From Schizochytrium sp. TIO01 (taxonomy: Eukaryota; Protista; Bigyra: Labyrinthulomycetes): a DNA stretch of 64,000 nucleotides. The stretch is from NCBI GenBank assembly GCA_004764695.1, contig SMSO01000014.1:181648-245647 (forward strand), given 5' to 3'. Shown here one piece after another: positions 59,822 through 64,000 of the stretch (position 1 is the first letter of the stretch; each line of letters begins with the position of its first letter). Below the pieces are notes generated by a model. It saw only the letters and a list, made by a program, of their open reading frames with translations. It was not told the origin of the DNA and searched no databases. The position numbers and the translations under genes are program-made.

Positions 59822-62800
59822 CTACACAACCAGAATCTAGCACTCAGCCAGGTACTCCTTCTCATATCAACTCCGTGTATTAGAGTTCGCATGAGACAAT
59901 TTCTAGTGCCAACACTACTAAGAACTCTAACACGTACCCGCTGCTGAAAACTTGTGCACGAGGCCAACAGTGGGGGCTCTGAGCTTTTGCAAACTAAAGG
60001 GGAGTGTCGTTATGGTGACAGGCTAGAGCTATACGAGGAAAAGTAGAATGCGAAAGTTCTTTCGTCGCTTCTCGGATACGCAAAAGGTCTTGAAAGGTGC
60101 TTCCAAGAGGACCGACTGAATTTGCCTCCTACGAGCTGGCATGATGGGTTTAACGGGCCCTCCTTTCAACGTGAGAGTCATTCCATCCTACCATGTTATC
60201 AGCAACCTATTCTCCTGCCTCCCATGAAACATATGCTTCGTGGTAGCCTTTCTGGATTAAACTGCGTAATAGCCTCAGCTAAAACTCGCAATTCGCACTC
60301 GTCTCGAATCAACAGCTCAGCCAGAAACATTCATGGAGCTACACCTTTAAGTCGCAAAAGCGTTTTACGCAGACTGTGTACCTTTTAAAGGCCATCTCAA
60401 AATAGTATGCTGCATGTAACGCCCAATTAATTAGCACGTCCTCCAGATAACAAGAAAGAGTTGGAACCTTGGAGCTCAATGTCTCATCAGCGTATGCTCT
60501 ATTCAGAAGCTCGACGACACAGTTGCTTTGAAACTTAGAATGTACTACCATTGTAGTTTGTTTTTCGAGTACAAAGTAGATTTCGTCTACCCGGGAGTCA
60601 CACTTAAATAACTCATTCCTCGCAACGGTCAAGCGAATTATGTCTTTTACCTCTCTACTAAGTATAAGTGAGTGCCTCTCTAGTCTTTATATGGACATGG
60701 TATCACTTCCAATATTGTGTGCAACACTAACGCTTGTCCCAAAGAAAGATTCTGACCACGTGGAGACTGATTGTTAATTTGAGAGTCATGAGCGATTCAG
60801 CTTAACCTTCGTGTAGGCTGCTTTACATTGCACAAACAAATCAACATTCTGAGCAGTTATGTAAAGAGGAGTCATTGTCATCATCTTTGAGGAAGTCTAC
60901 AGGGTATGATGGAGAGTGAATCGTCAGCCTTTCAGCAGCACAGAAACACGGTTTACCAAATGGAACAACGCAAGAGACCTTATGTGCAATTGATTGCAAA
61001 AGTTAGCGTTACAAGCGAAAGACAACTTTTTCAGAGAACCACTAAAGCTCAGGCGTCAGCGTTTTCATTTTTTTCATAAATCACATCATGATGCCAATGT
61101 GAACGCGCCAAAGAAAAACCCATAGGTAAACTGTTGCTACAGCTCTACAGCTCTATAGCTCTTTTGCGTGCTCAACCCAGCCCACCAAACTGAAATCGTA
61201 ACTTTACTCTTTAACTCAAACTCCTCTTTTAAAGGTTCGGTTGAATTCTACTCTCCAATAGAAGGAATGAGTTCCTCAATCATGGACACCCTCGCTCAAT
61301 TTTAAGTGTTGATTAAATTCTGATTTGAAATAAAAGACCACCTCCTCCTCCTCGCAGTCCCGCTTCCGATGGCCCATCAAAACTTTACACCTGCGCAGCT
61401 AAGCTCTTTCCGGCCGAAGAGAAATGCATCCACCACAGAGAACAGATTTCATACTTTGAACCCTAACGTTTTACCTTTATGTTCCTACATGCTGCTGCAC
61501 TTACTTGAACGAGCTATAGATGATTCAGACATGGTGTCCCAGCCTCGGCAACGCTTCTTCAAATTGTTTTGATCTGTTCTTCTGCAGGCGAGGGGCTTGA
61601 ACAACCTAGTCTTCATACAACCTACGCTGCTTCGAAACATTGTAACGAGCAGGCCAATCCTCAATGCATATTAACAAAAACATACGGAGCTTTCACCCGC
61701 TCTTCCATGGCCATACATAGTGCCCAAATCAGGCGGAGAGGAGGTAAAGTCCAAGAATCTGAGCGCGTGAGTGTCTGTCTGTCTACAAGTGGGTACCGAG
61801 GTGCATACACTTTTTAACCTTTTGCAGAGATAAGAGTGGCATTTTAAGTCTATTTCCTTTATATTAAAAATATTTTTTTAATTTCAATTTTTAAAGAGCA
61901 CGACTGAGATTCCCAGTTCTTTAATATGGCCAACATCCTGATGAGAACGAACAAGGTCGAAGACGCGAAATTCTCTTTATTGAATGGCCAAAAATCTTAC
62001 TAAATATGGTTCTTAAGTTTACTTTTTTTCTAAGTAGATATTTATACCTTGAGAGTTCTAGGTTTTTATTTTACATGTTCAACCATGTCATCAACAGTAC
62101 CATGCTAAATTTGTAGAACTTTAACACCGCACCTTGCTAAAAATATAACATGAGTGATTTGAGTAAATCTCAGGATTCTGCCTACGAATGGAAAAGAAAA
62201 AAAAAACGATTAACACTATCAATTCAAATCCTCTGCTATGAGAAACAATTTTATTTTTAAAAAATATCATCAATAAGGCAACTCGTTCAAGCAGATGCAT
62301 GATTGGCTTACGTATTCTACTGCAAAGAAAATGTAGTCTTTTCTATGCAACTCGATAGTACTGCACCAGTTCTTTACCTTTTGGAAAGTACCTTTCCCTC
62401 GATCTAATTGACTTTGCTAATTAAATCTTCCGTAATAGGCTTTTGCTTGTACTACACTATAAAGCTTTGCTTCCCACAAGAGCATAAACAATTGATCCCT
62501 TTGCTTTAATATAATTAGGAAATCCAGTCTCATTTGGCATTACCAATCTCGACATTTTCCAAATGTTTTTTCTTTAATAATATAAAAATTAAGTATAAAT
62601 CTTGCTGAAGGCTATGCCATAAATAATATAATTTGTAAAAGTTGTACTTTCACCACTGACAACTGCGTGTACAACAGTAATCATGAAATGGAGTGGAAAC
62701 AAGCCTTGGCATAACACTCCAGCAAAAGGAAATGTCCCTTTAAAACAAAGTACTGAGGTGAATAATAATCTCAGCCTAGTTCACCTTTTTGATGCAAGAA

Positions 62801-64000
62801 AATTCCTGGTGACGCTTGTGGCAACCAGCGTACTGTTTCTTTGTAATACTAAGACTGGATAACTAATAGATAATACATGCTGATCATTTGCTGTAGAATT
62901 GTTGCAACACGAACATGCTTAACAATAAAACTGTTCCGTCAAGTTTGGAAAGAATTTCAATATAATTCAAACCCCCCGATACAATCAATGTGCACCTCTT
63001 CCCTTACTGAGCATCTTTCTATTTTCTTGAATGTGATTTTAGCAGAAGGAAGCACCTACCTAGTACCTCGGTCCAGTAAGGTTTCTCCCTTTGGACATAA
63101 ACCGCGAATTTCTTGGCGTCATCGCAATTAGAAAGGCTGCGCTTCCAACTCTTCATTTGAATTTGAACTAGTAGAACAGAGCTCCAGCGCAAGCTTTGCC
63201 TACTAGAATACTACAAGTTTTTGAGAGATGATTTGCAAGCCTAACCCTCCAGGGACGATGTTTTGCATTGAAGTCATTCCTAGCCTGCCTGTCTTGAATT
63301 TTCAATGGGCCTCTTACACAACCAGATCAGATCCTCAAGCAAGCAAGCAAGCAAGCAAGCAAGAGTCCAGTAGCTCAAGCTATAATTCGCAGCTGCAAGA
63401 CCATTGTAGTTGCGTGAGTAGTTTGATTCAGCGTCAAATCAGTTGAGATGATTTCATCATTTTCCGAGCCCTCGGCAAACGCAAGAAGAGCTTCTGTAGA
63501 GCCTTTTCCTCAGCCACCTCGCCATACTCCAGCCATCGATGGTGATTGATCACGCATGATGCATCGCCATAATCAGTCGCGTCACAACTCCATCAACTTC
63601 ACGCGGCACAGCCTCCTCAGTCCCCCTCTAAGCATTCCAAGGTCTCCGGACCAGTCAGTGGTAATGCTAAGTTACTGCAAAAAGGGTTGTTCTTCCTAAA
63701 GCGTGGACGGACCAATTTGTATTTGGTTTTTTTCCAGCTAGATCCGCCTGTTCTGTCTTCAACCAACAATGGCAATCAGCCATTCCCAGCTTCTCTTTTC
63801 AGGTAAAGTTCCTACTCGCCACTCTTCCCGGCGTCTGACGCGCCACTAGCACCAACAGTGGCAGACAAGAAAGAGGTCAAATAGGCCTAATCATCACACT
63901 TGATGTCAGCACCGGCGGCTCCAAAACCATCATGATAACGCCGACTACGATGGTAGCGAGCTTTTAGTATCTGCCCTATTTGACTATTTCATCCATTGTT

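Noticed and set aside
63400-64000. GC-richer, coding-looking stretch at the window end
   Set aside because: No sustained ORF and no recognisable motif. It cannot be assigned without the downstream sequence.

Overview
Eukaryotic, intron-poor DNA. Gene content and microsatellite style suggest a thraustochytrid/labyrinthulomycete-like stramenopile protist; this is an inference and was not searched. Bases 1-22.65 kb are gene-dense, with nine genes: an IQ/WW tandem-repeat protein (5'-truncated, one 1-nt frameshift), a GT61 glycosyltransferase, a divergent two-domain Fluc/FEX-like membrane protein, an LPCAT-type acyltransferase, a head-to-head pair of EGF+7TM receptor-like paralogs, an F-box/ubiquitin-like/TM protein, a UBXN4-like UBX protein and a putative transcription factor with a Cys/His-containing beta-rich domain between Q/N/S/A-rich tails. 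Between the F-box and UBX genes (about 17.29-18.1 kb, minus strand), and not visible as a long ORF, is a decayed, internally deleted IS607-type element. It retains serine-recombinase TnpA fragments fused to Fanzor2/TnpB RuvC and Zn-finger fragments, followed by a hairpin-containing putative omega-RNA end. From about 23 kb to the end (41 kb) I find no credible protein-coding gene. This microsatellite-rich gene desert lies directly upstream of the putative TF, whose ATG-free leader has a dense hairpin cluster and a candidate splice acceptor. All family calls come from motif recognition by eye, with no database searches.
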